32,124 bases of DNA from a virus (lineage: Duplodnaviria; Caudoviricetes): positions 1 through 32,124 of IMG/VR virus record IMGVR_UViG_3300021136_000695; one strand, 5' to 3'. The notes under the pieces were generated by a model. That model was not told where the DNA came from. It made no database searches and was given only the letters and a program-made list of their open reading frames with translations. Of this stretch, positions 17,470 to 26,741 are shown in pieces; the stretch's first letter is position 1; each line of letters starts with the position of its first letter. The translations under genes and the position numbers were made by a program.

Positions 17470-18738
17470 TTAGTTTCCGGTGCTGCCGAATCCCCCGGTC
17501 CCCCTATTTGTAACTTCCAAGGAATCAACTTCTTCAATCTCAAAATGAGAAGCTGGCATTGGAACTATTTGTGCAATCTTTAGTGGTAACTCCAGGTCAG
17601 GAGCAAGTTTATCTACTTTTCTAAGGGCCACAATGATGTTTCCAGTATAGCTCTGGTCAATTACTCCAAGATTGTTAGCTAGTATGTAGCCTGTTTTTGA
17701 GATTGAACTTCTGGGGACGAGCGCCAACCACCAGCCTGGAGTGGGTTGAATTTTGATGCCTGTGTCGAAAAACTCCACATCTCCAACTGTTTTCAGCTTA
17801 GAAATTATCGTAATGTCATAGCCAGAGTCTGAGATATTAGTTTTACTAGGTATTTTTGCCTCAGAGCTTGTTCTCACACATTTAAAGGTCGCTAAAGTTG
17901 TGCCGGGGCCAAAAGAAGGGAGCCATGCGGCTAGTCTTCTAAAGAGTGTGTATTTTCTTTCTAATTTGAATGAGGTATTGCTGTAGATTCTACCTAAAAT
18001 GTCAAGAGCATTGGACCCAGCATACTCTAAGTGGCAGCAAGCCCCTTTAGACAGAGATGAAGAAACACCCAAGAAGGCTTGAAGGCTTTCAAGAAACTCT
18101 AATGATCCAGAAGCGAAACTACACCTAGGGTAGTTATAGAACTCCTTGTCTTGAGTCACACAACCATCTCCATCAAAAAATCCGGCTACGAAAGAGAGGG
18201 TCAATTCCGGGGAGAGCAAGGGAAATTTGATACCAAAACACTTTTTACCGTGTGAGCCTAATCCAAGATGTGTGATGACATCTGAAGCAATCTGAGTCGA
18301 GTTAAAAGTTAGCCCACAAATGTCCTTGTTTTTCTTTGAGATAACGGGACCACACTGGGACCAGTTAGCAATAGAGGTTAGAAGATTATAGCTAGATTCA
18401 TCAGATTCTTTTAAAGAAATGTTGACCGCCCCCTTTCCTATAGATCCGTCTGAAGCAATTAACCCCAAAACATAGGCTTTTTCGTGAGTGTCTATAACAG
18501 AAAAGAGGGTGTCATCAAGTGGGTATTTCATGTTGGGATTCTTTCTTCCAGAAAATTTTAAGGTTCTTGAGCAAAATAAACATATGTCCTTGCCTTCGTT
18601 GTTATTTCTAAACCTGAGGGCGTCCTTGTAGGGGTAATTATATTGGCCTCTACATTTATCAGATACTCCAAAGTCACAGGTAACGGTGACTTTGGAGTGA
18701 GAGCCTTTGGTCAGGTATTTTACTTCTTCTTTTATCAT
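17470..18738 (-). CDS. dut: fusion of an N-terminal Cys-rich domain, a double-motif LAGLIDADG endonuclease and a complete trimeric dUTPase
   Basis: AYVLGLIASDGSI and SFVAGFFDGDGCV (LAGLIDADG motifs); SGYDI, PRSSISK, GVIDQSYTGNI, KIAQIV and RGTGGFGSTG (dUTPase motifs 1-5). Confidence 0.92.
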   Translation of the reverse strand: MIKEEVKYLTKGSHSKVTVTCDFGVSDKCRGQYNYPYKDALRFRNNNEGKDICLFCSRTLKFSGRKNPNMKYPLDDTLFSVIDTHEKAYVLGLIASDGSIGKGAVNISLKESDESSYNLLTSIANWSQCGPVISKKNKDICGLTFNSTQIASDVITHLGLGSHGKKCFGIKFPLLSPELTLSFVAGFFDGDGCVTQDKEFYNYPRCSFASGSLEFLESLQAFLGVSSSLSKGACCHLEYAGSNALDILGRIYSNTSFKLERKYTLFRRLAAWLPSFGPGTTLATFKCVRTSSEAKIPSKTNISDSGYDITIISKLKTVGDVEFFDTGIKIQPTPGWWLALVPRSSISKTGYILANNLGVIDQSYTGNIIVALRKVDKLAPDLELPLKIAQIVPMPASHFEIEEVDSLEVTNRGTGGFGSTGN

Positions 18739-18779
18739 TTCTAGTCCTTATCAATGATTCCTCTACTAAGGACTAGAAA
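18738..18779 (-). promoter_or_regulatory. RBS-sequestering hairpin in front of the LAGLIDADG-dUTPase gene
   Basis: Perfect 13-bp arms TTTCTAGTCCTTA / TAAGGACTAGAAA; the 3' arm holds the AAGGA RBS and the A of the ATG. Confidence 0.8.
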
Positions 18780-18784
18780 GTTAT

Positions 18785-21394
18785 TTAACCACATTTACTG
18801 TTACTGAAAGCACAGGAAGTGCATAGTTCGGTTAAACACCCGGATTCGCGTCTAAATTCAAGGGGTTCACCACATTCTGGACAAACTTTGCCCTTGGCTT
18901 TTTCTTTTTCAATGACTTCTTCATCAGGAATATACTGTTTAAGGACTCTAGCAAATACAGCAGGAGCATCATACATGTTAGCGATGTTGGATTTTGACAA
19001 TTGCTCGACAATATCACCAACTGAAACACCATTTCTCAAGGATAAGGAAATCATACGACAAATAGTGATGATGTCCCCGGCTGGAAATCTCTTTCCAATG
19101 TCATTAATCTTCAATTGATCTTCTTCATCTTCTGATAGCTGAACAGCTAGGGTGTAATGACCTCTAGACTTCTTTGTAAGTGTGGCTAAATGATACTGAG
19201 TGGGTAGGCTAAGTCCATCTTCGAGACCACCAAAGACCTCAATAGGTTTGCCATCCACATTACCAACTAAGATCATGTAGTTCTTGTCCTTATACCTAGT
19301 CTTATGGATGTCGGCTTGAGTTACTTTGGGTCTTGATACTCTCTTATTGATGCCCACATCTTCCTTGATGGCATTTAGAACACCAGTGCGGCATCCATCA
19401 CGATAAACAGTGAACCCTTTGCAACCATATTCGTGGGCCATCTCATACAAGGCTCTTACATCTTCAACAGTAGCAGTAGATTTGAGGTTAGTGGTGATAG
19501 AAATAGCGGAATCAATGTATTTTTGCATCTCTCCCTGCATACGAACCCTAGTTCTGGGGTCAACATCTCCAGCTTCAACAAAAATTCTCTTAATATCCTC
19601 TTCAGTCCAACCAGCATCCCTAGCATTTTGAATTGCTTGATGATAAATAGTGTACACAATCACTTCTCCGGTACCCTGCACCTTAACATTTCTAGTGCTA
19701 GCTCTTAGGAAAGTGGGTTCAGAGCCCGAAGAACAGTTAAACATAACAATACTCATGCTTCCATTGGGGGCTTGAGTCAAAAGTGCAACGTTACGAATGC
19801 CATATTTCTTAATGTCATATTGAATAGCCTTGGGGAGTCTCTGAATGAAGGGGCAATTCTTGTGTTTTTCCCAATCAAAGGCCAAAAATGAACCTTTTTC
19901 TTTAGCTAAATTAACAGATTCAGAGTAGGCTATATCTCTTAGGAAGGAATAAAGAGTCTTAACGAAGGCGATAGCTTCTTCTGAGTCGTAACGGAGGCCA
20001 AGAGAGGCCATAGCATCAGACAAACCGGTGTTTCCTAGACCAATACGGCGCAATAGAATGGCCATAGCCCTTTGACTTTGAATTGAAAGGCTGGCAGCAT
20101 CAATTCCTTTGATATTATCCTGAGCCCTAACTGCAAGACGTAGGACTTTTTCATAGAGAGAGAAGTTAAAAGTGGCTTCTTTAGTCCACGGATCTGTAAT
20201 GAAAGCCGGTAAATAGTGGGTTCCTAGGCAGCAGCTATCATCAGCAGGTAATGGCTGCTCACCACAAGGATTTGTAGCGACAACTGCAAAGTCTAAGTCA
20301 TAAATAGTTGTCTCTTCCCCGGTCATGGGGTCAATAAAGGTAAACTCTGGTAGTTGTCCATAATAATCTGAGGTAGATTCTCTAGAGATGTGATCCCAAA
20401 ATAGAATTCCGGGTTCCGCAGATTTCCAAGCGGAGTGCATAAGAGTGGACCAAATACTTTCAGCACTCACTTTCTTAGAAACGGGAGCATATTTGCTGGC
20501 ATCACCGACAAAAGTAAATCTCTGTTCATAATCTGTCTTATTCTTGACAGCAGCCATAAATTCATCAGAAACCATGACCGAAACATTTGCGTAAGAAGTG
20601 GATTTCACTCTATCCGCAATCGCGGCATATTCTTCATCATTGATGTCAATGCCCACTGCTGCTAGTTCTTCAAAGAAGGGTTGAAGGGGTTTGTCCATCT
20701 TCATTTCAATGAACCTAGTAATATCAGGGTGATGAACCGTCATACACTCCATTAAGGCCCCTCTGCGACCTTCTTGTCCAATAAGACCTGTTACATCAGA
20801 GAAGAAAGGCATGAAGCTAGCGGCCCCCGTAGAGGTCTTTGCAGCATTGTTTGTGAAAGCACCATAAGGACGTAGATAATTTAAATTAATCCCACACCCA
20901 CCACGGCTAGCAAAGGTTCTAGCCATGTACTTTGCAGTATCAAAGATAGATTCTAGAGAATCCTTAGGGCTTGGAGCAACAAAGCAGTTACTCACAGAGG
21001 CTTTTACATAAGGATTTCCAAGAGCATACATCCCACTACCTTGTGGGGAGTATTTCCAGTCTTGAAGAATATAGAGAAACTCTTTATACCAGTAATCGAA
21101 GTCTTTATTGGTAGGGTTTGTTCTAATTTCTTCATTAGCAAGAGCTACTGCTTCTCTTTCCCAGGTGTCCTCAGGAGTGCTTTCTAGACAAGTGCCATCT
21201 GAAGAATGAAGGGCATATTTATTAACCCAAACATCTGAAGCAATTGCAGCGGTATTGGTAGTGCTACCTTTTGATAAATACCAGAGGTAACAGCTTGCGT
21301 AACTTTCTGCTTTACTTTGTTGTTGAGAAGTAGGCTCTACAATCCTTTTATCCTTTAGGTATTCCGACACCAACTCTAGGAAGGTCTGACTCAC
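18785..21394 (-). CDS. nrdJ: ribonucleotide reductase, most likely class II (adenosylcobalamin-dependent)
   Basis: VSNCFV, GGCG, GRRGALM, HPDI..FI, NVSV, AEPGILF, TNPCGEQPL, CCLG, RRIGLG, APNGSMS, CSSGSEP, GCKGFTVYRDG; C-terminal extension ending in CPECG...CTSC; no beta-subunit gene adjacent. Confidence 0.88.
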   Translation of the reverse strand: MSQTFLELVSEYLKDKRIVEPTSQQQSKAESYASCYLWYLSKGSTTNTAAIASDVWVNKYALHSSDGTCLESTPEDTWEREAVALANEEIRTNPTNKDFDYWYKEFLYILQDWKYSPQGSGMYALGNPYVKASVSNCFVAPSPKDSLESIFDTAKYMARTFASRGGCGINLNYLRPYGAFTNNAAKTSTGAASFMPFFSDVTGLIGQEGRRGALMECMTVHHPDITRFIEMKMDKPLQPFFEELAAVGIDINDEEYAAIADRVKSTSYANVSVMVSDEFMAAVKNKTDYEQRFTFVGDASKYAPVSKKVSAESIWSTLMHSAWKSAEPGILFWDHISRESTSDYYGQLPEFTFIDPMTGEETTIYDLDFAVVATNPCGEQPLPADDSCCLGTHYLPAFITDPWTKEATFNFSLYEKVLRLAVRAQDNIKGIDAASLSIQSQRAMAILLRRIGLGNTGLSDAMASLGLRYDSEEAIAFVKTLYSFLRDIAYSESVNLAKEKGSFLAFDWEKHKNCPFIQRLPKAIQYDIKKYGIRNVALLTQAPNGSMSIVMFNCSSGSEPTFLRASTRNVKVQGTGEVIVYTIYHQAIQNARDAGWTEEDIKRIFVEAGDVDPRTRVRMQGEMQKYIDSAISITTNLKSTATVEDVRALYEMAHEYGCKGFTVYRDGCRTGVLNAIKEDVGINKRVSRPKVTQADIHKTRYKDKNYMILVGNVDGKPIEVFGGLEDGLSLPTQYHLATLTKKSRGHYTLAVQLSEDEEDQLKINDIGKRFPAGDIITICRMISLSLRNGVSVGDIVEQLSKSNIANMYDAPAVFARVLKQYIPDEEVIEKEKAKGKVCPECGEPLEFRRESGCLTELCTSCAFSNSKCG

Positions 21395-21501
21395 TGTGTT
21401 GCTCCTTGCGTGTAATATGCTATGAAAAAGTCAAAAATTTGATGGTTATCATCTAAGTAAAATAAGCAATTTTATGTAATTTCCATACCGGACATTTTTT
21501 G

Positions 21502-22347
21502 CTATTCTGTGTCGCCTATAAGCTCTATACCGGTAGGCATTTCATAATCTTCTGGTTCCATGGCATTTACCACTACTTTTTCATCAGCGACCTCTACCAT
21601 CTCAAGAATGTAGGTTATGAGTTCATTTTCTTGTTTTTTGAATTTAGGGTCATCTAGCAGTGGGTCTTTGCCAAGAAAATCCAAAGCCCTATATCCACTG
21701 AGAGCGTGGGGAAGCTCATCCCCCCTCTCATCATAAGCACGAGCCTCTTCGACTTCTTCCAATAATTTCTTAGCAACATCCTCTGAGTTTGTAGCAAAAC
21801 CAGAACCAACAGCTATAGAATTCTGAATGAACCAACCTTGCCACGAATTAGTGACTGTGGGAGTGTTCCTATCTAAGAAATCTTGTAGAATAGCGAGTTT
21901 GTTAGACATAGAATCAGTTGGAGAAACTTTTAGTGAGGAGCGAGATACAGAACGATCATCTATAATGTTCAATCTAGCCAACTCAGTAATTAAAGCATAC
22001 TTTTCGTGATAGTTAGGCTTCTGGTGCATAGGTAGACATCTACATTCTTGCGCCAACTGTTCTTTAATCTCATCCTTTGTTCCAAACATCAGAATGTAGT
22101 CTCTTTTAAGAGAGGCTGCATCAGCATCTAAATTGGAGGAATCAAATTCTTTGTTAGTGGCAAAAAACCCCTTCAATTGGGTCAATACCTTCTTCCTAAA
22201 TCTCCAGCTAGAGTTCATCAATCTTTTTCTGAAAATAAGATCGTTATATTTAGGAAAAGCAGCATCTCTAAAATGAAAAAAGTTTCGTTTGTCAATTACC
22301 TTAGGACCCATTGGGATTTCTTTAAGCTTTAGGCTTGCCACTGTCAA
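21502..22347 (-). CDS. hypothetical protein (281 aa)
   Basis: Long ORF abutting the upstream gene; TTG start after AGAGG; no motif recognised. Confidence 0.75.
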   Translation of the reverse strand: MTVASLKLKEIPMGPKVIDKRNFFHFRDAAFPKYNDLIFRKRLMNSSWRFRKKVLTQLKGFFATNKEFDSSNLDADAASLKRDYILMFGTKDEIKEQLAQECRCLPMHQKPNYHEKYALITELARLNIIDDRSVSRSSLKVSPTDSMSNKLAILQDFLDRNTPTVTNSWQGWFIQNSIAVGSGFATNSEDVAKKLLEEVEEARAYDERGDELPHALSGYRALDFLGKDPLLDDPKFKKQENELITYILEMVEVADEKVVVNAMEPEDYEMPTGIELIGDTE

Positions 22348-25095
22348 TTACCTCTTTGAACTAATACTCTTGGACCACAGAGTTTTTACAGCGTTGTCCA
22401 CCATCTCTACAGAAATTCCTTCCATACAAGCATGACAAGGATTCTCATAGACTTGACCCTCTGGATTGATGCAAGGGTCTTTAGGGTGCTGGGATATGGC
22501 TGGGTCTTCACGGAAACATGGTTGACAAGAGAGACCTAGGCTAATATTGAGATTGTTAGAGTAGCCTGCGGCACTCCATTGAGTAGATCCCCATAGGATG
22601 ACTGCTGGAGTGCCAAATAGGTGAGTAGCATGGTTGGAGAAGGAATCAACTCCTACATGCATTGTAGCATTAGCAATCAGGGCCAAACCAGTCATCAAAT
22701 CTTTACCCATAAAATCTTGAGTTGCTCCGAGGAGCCTTGGATCACTTTCTGCACCAATCTGATAAAATTCAATGTCAGGATTAAGTTTTATTACCTCTTC
22801 CCATCTATCTTGAGCCCAGTTTTTGTAAACAGACCAGCCAGCCTTAGTGTGAATGGTTGCATATCTTTTAGGGGTTCCCACTACTCTAGGCAATTTAAGA
22901 TTTAGAGGTAAAATATTACTTTCTTTGCACCCCATCTCCGCAGCAAAGTAATCAATTAAATGACGCTTCATAGGGTTATTAGGGTAGTCTTCAGCTTGCA
23001 CAGGATAACCAATCAGGTTCACTACTTTATCACATTTAGCGTGGTCAATAATATCTACATTATAGTCAAATACATTGTCAACACCGGCCATTTTCATTAT
23101 TGGGCTGAGTTTTTCACCTATAGACTTGTGACAGTAATAGGAAATCTCACATTCCGGATGAAGTTTCTTGAGTTCCGGAATACAATTTAAAGTCATGAGA
23201 ACATCCCCGATGGCTCCAGGTCTAACGAGGGCTATTTGTCTCTTGTTAATTGATCCAAGCTGACTCTCTAGCATGGTTATTCTATTGTCCCATTCAACAT
23301 CAAGAACACCAATGGCAGTCTTAGCTTTCTTGGCCCAAGCTAAAGCATTGACAATATCCCCTGAATACTCTGAGCAGAAAGATAACATTCTTAGAGGTTG
23401 ATCAGCATACTTATTACTTTCTCTCCAAAGAGCAGTGTAAGGGGGAGTCTTTGCCGAAGCTACTAGAGCCATAGCGTGACTCTCAGCAATTTTACCTTGA
23501 GCCATGTAAATATAACTTAATTCCATCCAAAATTCGGCCCAAGATGGCTCTTTACTTAAAGCTTCGAGTAAAGTTTTAATGGAGGTGTCAGTGTCACCAC
23601 TAGCTCTTTCACATCTAGCCTTGTAAAGATAGGCAAATAGCCATTCATCTCTATAAAACTCACCCATTTTAATGCGCTCATCATAATATTTAACAGCGGG
23701 AAGCCAATTAGATGCATCCTTGTAGGTGTTGGCTAGGTAGAAAACACTTCTAGAGGTTGGAGCAGTCTCATGATCCTTTAGTAGAATTCTAAGATTTCTT
23801 GCATTAGAATTTTCTCCAGTAGCAGGAGTTGGATCGTGATGAATGACAGTATCACTCAAAATCATAGTAGGAAGATCACCAATAACAGGATACTCGTGAA
23901 TGGCTCCTTCAAAGTGAATACCATTACCAGTTTTCCACATGCGATGGTGAACCCATCTGTCTCCGGATTCAATTTGGAATCCAAAGACCGTATATTCATT
24001 CAAGTAAACTACTCTTCTGAGATTTTTAGGAGGAGAAACAAGAGTATCATCAGCATCCATCCAAATCAAATAGTTAGCTGAGGTTTTATTCTCAATAATG
24101 TCCACAAAATGGTTTCGGGCTTTACCAAAATTCCACAGTTTCCAGTCACCTGTTTCATCCTTCTCTGAGGCTTCTGTGTAAGTAGTAAAGATCATTGGAT
24201 TCTTTCCAGAAGGCCAATTAGCTTTAGCAACTCTCTCAGTGTTATCAGTAGACCCAGTGTCCACAATTACAATACCATCAGCAACTTTTCTGATAGTATT
24301 TAGACACTTAGGAAGATCACGTTCTTCATTTTTTACAATCATACCAACATAAATCTCAGGCTTTTTCTTGATGGGCTTGAGAATTAGGTCTCTTTGTCCT
24401 CCACCCTCCATAGGACGTTCCCATTCAATGGTAAATAGGTCTTTAGCTTGAACTAAAAGTTCTAAAAGGCTAGTTAGAGAATGAAAGAAAGGGTGAATTG
24501 TGTAGTGCCCTGTGGTTAAATCTCTTTCAAATCCAGACACATCATGCTGCGGAAGACGAAGGAAAAGCACACCATCATCAGTCAGCATTTTCTTCATCTT
24601 CTTTAGGGCAGCAAGAGGGTTGTAGAGGTGTTCGAACATGTGAACCATGGTAATTAGTTGAAATTTATCTGTATGGGTCCATTCTGCAATTTGCTCCTCA
24701 GATATATTTTCAAAATCAGCCATAAGCATGGGAACATCTAGTGCCTTAGAATATTCCGGCACGATTTCAATATTGTCCATAGCATAAGATTCACATCCTA
24801 ACTCTTTAAAACAGTAAGCCAAATAAGGATATTTGGCTCCTATGTCTAGAGTCTTTATAGGGCCACTAAACCAACGAGAGAAAATATTTGTGGCCAAAGC
24901 TTTGTTGATGTCTTTCTCATAGTCTGACATGAGATGACCCGTAAAACCACCCTCACTATCCTTTTCGTGGTCTGCTTCATATACCTTGGGAGGCATAGGA
25001 GATTGAAACCAACATCCACAAAAAGGACAGTCCCAGTAAGGGGTATCCTTATATTTTGAGGATGCTTTGCTACGACAGATAGGGCATTCGGCCAT
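22348..25095 (-). CDS. multidomain enzyme: Zn ribbon + class I SAM methyltransferase + GT2 glycosyltransferase + TPR + GT9-like glycosyltransferase
   Basis: CPIC...CPFC; TLDIGA...HMFEHLYNP (methyltransferase); MIVKNEE..L.KCL...VDTGSTD...F..ARN...WMDADD...IHE (GT2); helical repeats; RPGAIGDVL...HVGVDS...H...FGTPAVILWG...CQPC (GT9/heptosyltransferase-like). Confidence 0.88.
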   Translation of the reverse strand: MAECPICRSKASSKYKDTPYWDCPFCGCWFQSPMPPKVYEADHEKDSEGGFTGHLMSDYEKDINKALATNIFSRWFSGPIKTLDIGAKYPYLAYCFKELGCESYAMDNIEIVPEYSKALDVPMLMADFENISEEQIAEWTHTDKFQLITMVHMFEHLYNPLAALKKMKKMLTDDGVLFLRLPQHDVSGFERDLTTGHYTIHPFFHSLTSLLELLVQAKDLFTIEWERPMEGGGQRDLILKPIKKKPEIYVGMIVKNEERDLPKCLNTIRKVADGIVIVDTGSTDNTERVAKANWPSGKNPMIFTTYTEASEKDETGDWKLWNFGKARNHFVDIIENKTSANYLIWMDADDTLVSPPKNLRRVVYLNEYTVFGFQIESGDRWVHHRMWKTGNGIHFEGAIHEYPVIGDLPTMILSDTVIHHDPTPATGENSNARNLRILLKDHETAPTSRSVFYLANTYKDASNWLPAVKYYDERIKMGEFYRDEWLFAYLYKARCERASGDTDTSIKTLLEALSKEPSWAEFWMELSYIYMAQGKIAESHAMALVASAKTPPYTALWRESNKYADQPLRMLSFCSEYSGDIVNALAWAKKAKTAIGVLDVEWDNRITMLESQLGSINKRQIALVRPGAIGDVLMTLNCIPELKKLHPECEISYYCHKSIGEKLSPIMKMAGVDNVFDYNVDIIDHAKCDKVVNLIGYPVQAEDYPNNPMKRHLIDYFAAEMGCKESNILPLNLKLPRVVGTPKRYATIHTKAGWSVYKNWAQDRWEEVIKLNPDIEFYQIGAESDPRLLGATQDFMGKDLMTGLALIANATMHVGVDSFSNHATHLFGTPAVILWGSTQWSAAGYSNNLNISLGLSCQPCFREDPAISQHPKDPCINPEGQVYENPCHACMEGISVEMVDNAVKTLWSKSISSKR

Positions 25096-25301
25096 AAATA
25101 TTCCTTCAAGTAGTTAGTTAATACTCAGCAGGAGATCAAAATGATATCCAACTGTTATGGGTGATCGGTCTATTTCCATCTGACCTCTCATTTTTATTGA
25201 ACCTCTATTCCTATGGGGGTTATCTGCCAAAGCAGCCACTTTCCGATGCAAATCTGAGTTGATGATGCTCAAATTGCCTAGGTAACTAAGGTTTTTATTT
25301 C

Positions 25302-25328
25302 CAAGACTGTTGTCTTTTGCTATAGCTT
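25302..25328 (-). repeat. 27-bp direct repeat, downstream copy, overlapping the stop of the TnpB/Cas12-like ORF
   Basis: Minus strand AAGCTATAGCAAAAGACAACAGTCTTG, identical to 26847-26873. Confidence 0.95.
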
Positions 25329-26720
25329 TTCTTTACGGCGATCCAACCCTTTACGGACTGTGCGACATGTTCCACGATCTAAGAATGTGGCACCGTGCCA
25401 CATATCTCTTTTCGCCAAAGCAAGTAGGAGGGCGTGATTGGCCATGGTTTCAGGGTTAACTTCACTACCAGTTGAGGTAATAAGCTTTCCCTGAGACACC
25501 TTGATAAGACACGGCGCTCCCGTTAATCCCTGAATCATAGCAAAATCCTCGTGAGGAGAAAGAAGTTTTTTCTCCCATACCTTCAAGTGACATTTGTCAT
25601 AAAAGGGTGTTCCACTTGGATACTGCTCACCAAATGAGATGAGTTTTGGTGATAAATAAAACTCCGTAGCACCTACCGCCGCCAGAGTCTTAAGTCTACG
25701 AGATAGTTCTTTACGAACTTCAAGTAGATGACCTGTGATTGGGAAAGTTGAGTCCATACCAATGGATCTGGTTTTCCCTTTCAGATTTTCTAAAAATTTG
25801 TTAATAAATTGGGCCGTATTTTTTAACAAATCGCTTTTAACACAGTAGAATTCTCTATCTTCAAAAGCATTTTGAACTACGATGGACATCCCTTTATTTG
25901 AGAAGGAGATTCCAATGTCTACAAGTCTTGGATCACGACAAAAATTGATGGATGGATCACCATCATCATTAACAACTTCACGAATTACATCAGAAACTGT
26001 AAATGTAAAGCAGAGCAGGAAACGTTTATTTGACTTTCTAACCAATCTACAATTTATAACTCTCCTTAAGTCACTACCTAAGGAGGCCATGTAATCAGCT
26101 ACCTGCTCTTTTAGGGCCGGATGTAAGGTCAGATCAAGAGGCATGGAGCCTAATCTATGCTCTTTTTTGTGCCTTAGAGGGCCTTTTGCCAATTTTCGGC
26201 GGGAAACATACTCTCGGAGGATCTTCTTGGCGTAAAAGGGTTGTTCTGAGAAATGCTGAGCCATTATGGGATCAGTTTGAAGTAGCCCAATCTGAATCTT
26301 AGTTCCTTTCTGATCCTGGAATACCAAGTAGTTCCAAATAGTTTGATATAGAAAGAAAAGAGATGCAACCTCCTCAATTCCATCATCTTGAATCCCTAGG
26401 GATTTGCGGTGCCTCTGTTTTCTAAGAGAAAATTCGGAATCTGAGAATTCTGTGTTAGAGAAAATTCTCCCATCTTCAATGTGGTAATCTGTTTCCCTAC
26501 GTTGAATAGGATCAATCCCTTTATTTAGAGAACCCCAGCCATTAAGTGTGGCCCCACGAGCAAATACACAACCATCCCACCACTCCACGGAAGACCAACA
26601 GGATTTTTTACGGTGAAACTCTTTCTTTTTGTAGAAAGATAGAGGCTTTGGAAAGACTTTCCCCATATCCTCAAATTTAGAGACAGGGTAGACTAGAAAT
26701 TCAGTAGTCTGGTGGGTCAT
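25320..26720 (-). CDS. TnpB/Cas12f-like (type V) protein with altered RuvC active site, predicted nuclease-dead
   Basis: By-eye collinear match to TnpB: TEFLVYP, LYQTIWNYLV, RLVRKSNKRFLLCFTF (WED), VDIGISFS (RuvC-I, S272 in place of D), TAQFINKFL..SIGMDS (RuvC-II, D323 in place of E), LSRRLKTLAAVG..FYLSP, GSEVNPETMANHALL (RuvC-III, E424 in place of D). Confidence 0.7.
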   Translation of the reverse strand: MTHQTTEFLVYPVSKFEDMGKVFPKPLSFYKKKEFHRKKSCWSSVEWWDGCVFARGATLNGWGSLNKGIDPIQRRETDYHIEDGRIFSNTEFSDSEFSLRKQRHRKSLGIQDDGIEEVASLFFLYQTIWNYLVFQDQKGTKIQIGLLQTDPIMAQHFSEQPFYAKKILREYVSRRKLAKGPLRHKKEHRLGSMPLDLTLHPALKEQVADYMASLGSDLRRVINCRLVRKSNKRFLLCFTFTVSDVIREVVNDDGDPSINFCRDPRLVDIGISFSNKGMSIVVQNAFEDREFYCVKSDLLKNTAQFINKFLENLKGKTRSIGMDSTFPITGHLLEVRKELSRRLKTLAAVGATEFYLSPKLISFGEQYPSGTPFYDKCHLKVWEKKLLSPHEDFAMIQGLTGAPCLIKVSQGKLITSTGSEVNPETMANHALLLALAKRDMWHGATFLDRGTCRTVRKGLDRRKEKL

Positions 26721-26741
26721 CCGAAAAACATCCTCAAAGAG

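Noticed and set aside
17470-18738. Intein or group I intron in dut
   Set aside because: The nuclease precedes the whole dUTPase rather than interrupting it; no splice-junction residues and no flanking non-coding intron core.
20280-20370. Insertion just before the NPCGE motif of the reductase as a mini-intein
   Set aside because: Only about 25 aa, with no Cys/Ser start or His-Asn end; more likely a loop.
25118-25332. Stop-free ~70-codon alternative frame downstream of the TnpB-like ORF (frameshift extension or small gene)
   Set aside because: No canonical slippery heptamer at the junction and no good RBS/start near its beginning; a structured RNA explains the gap better.
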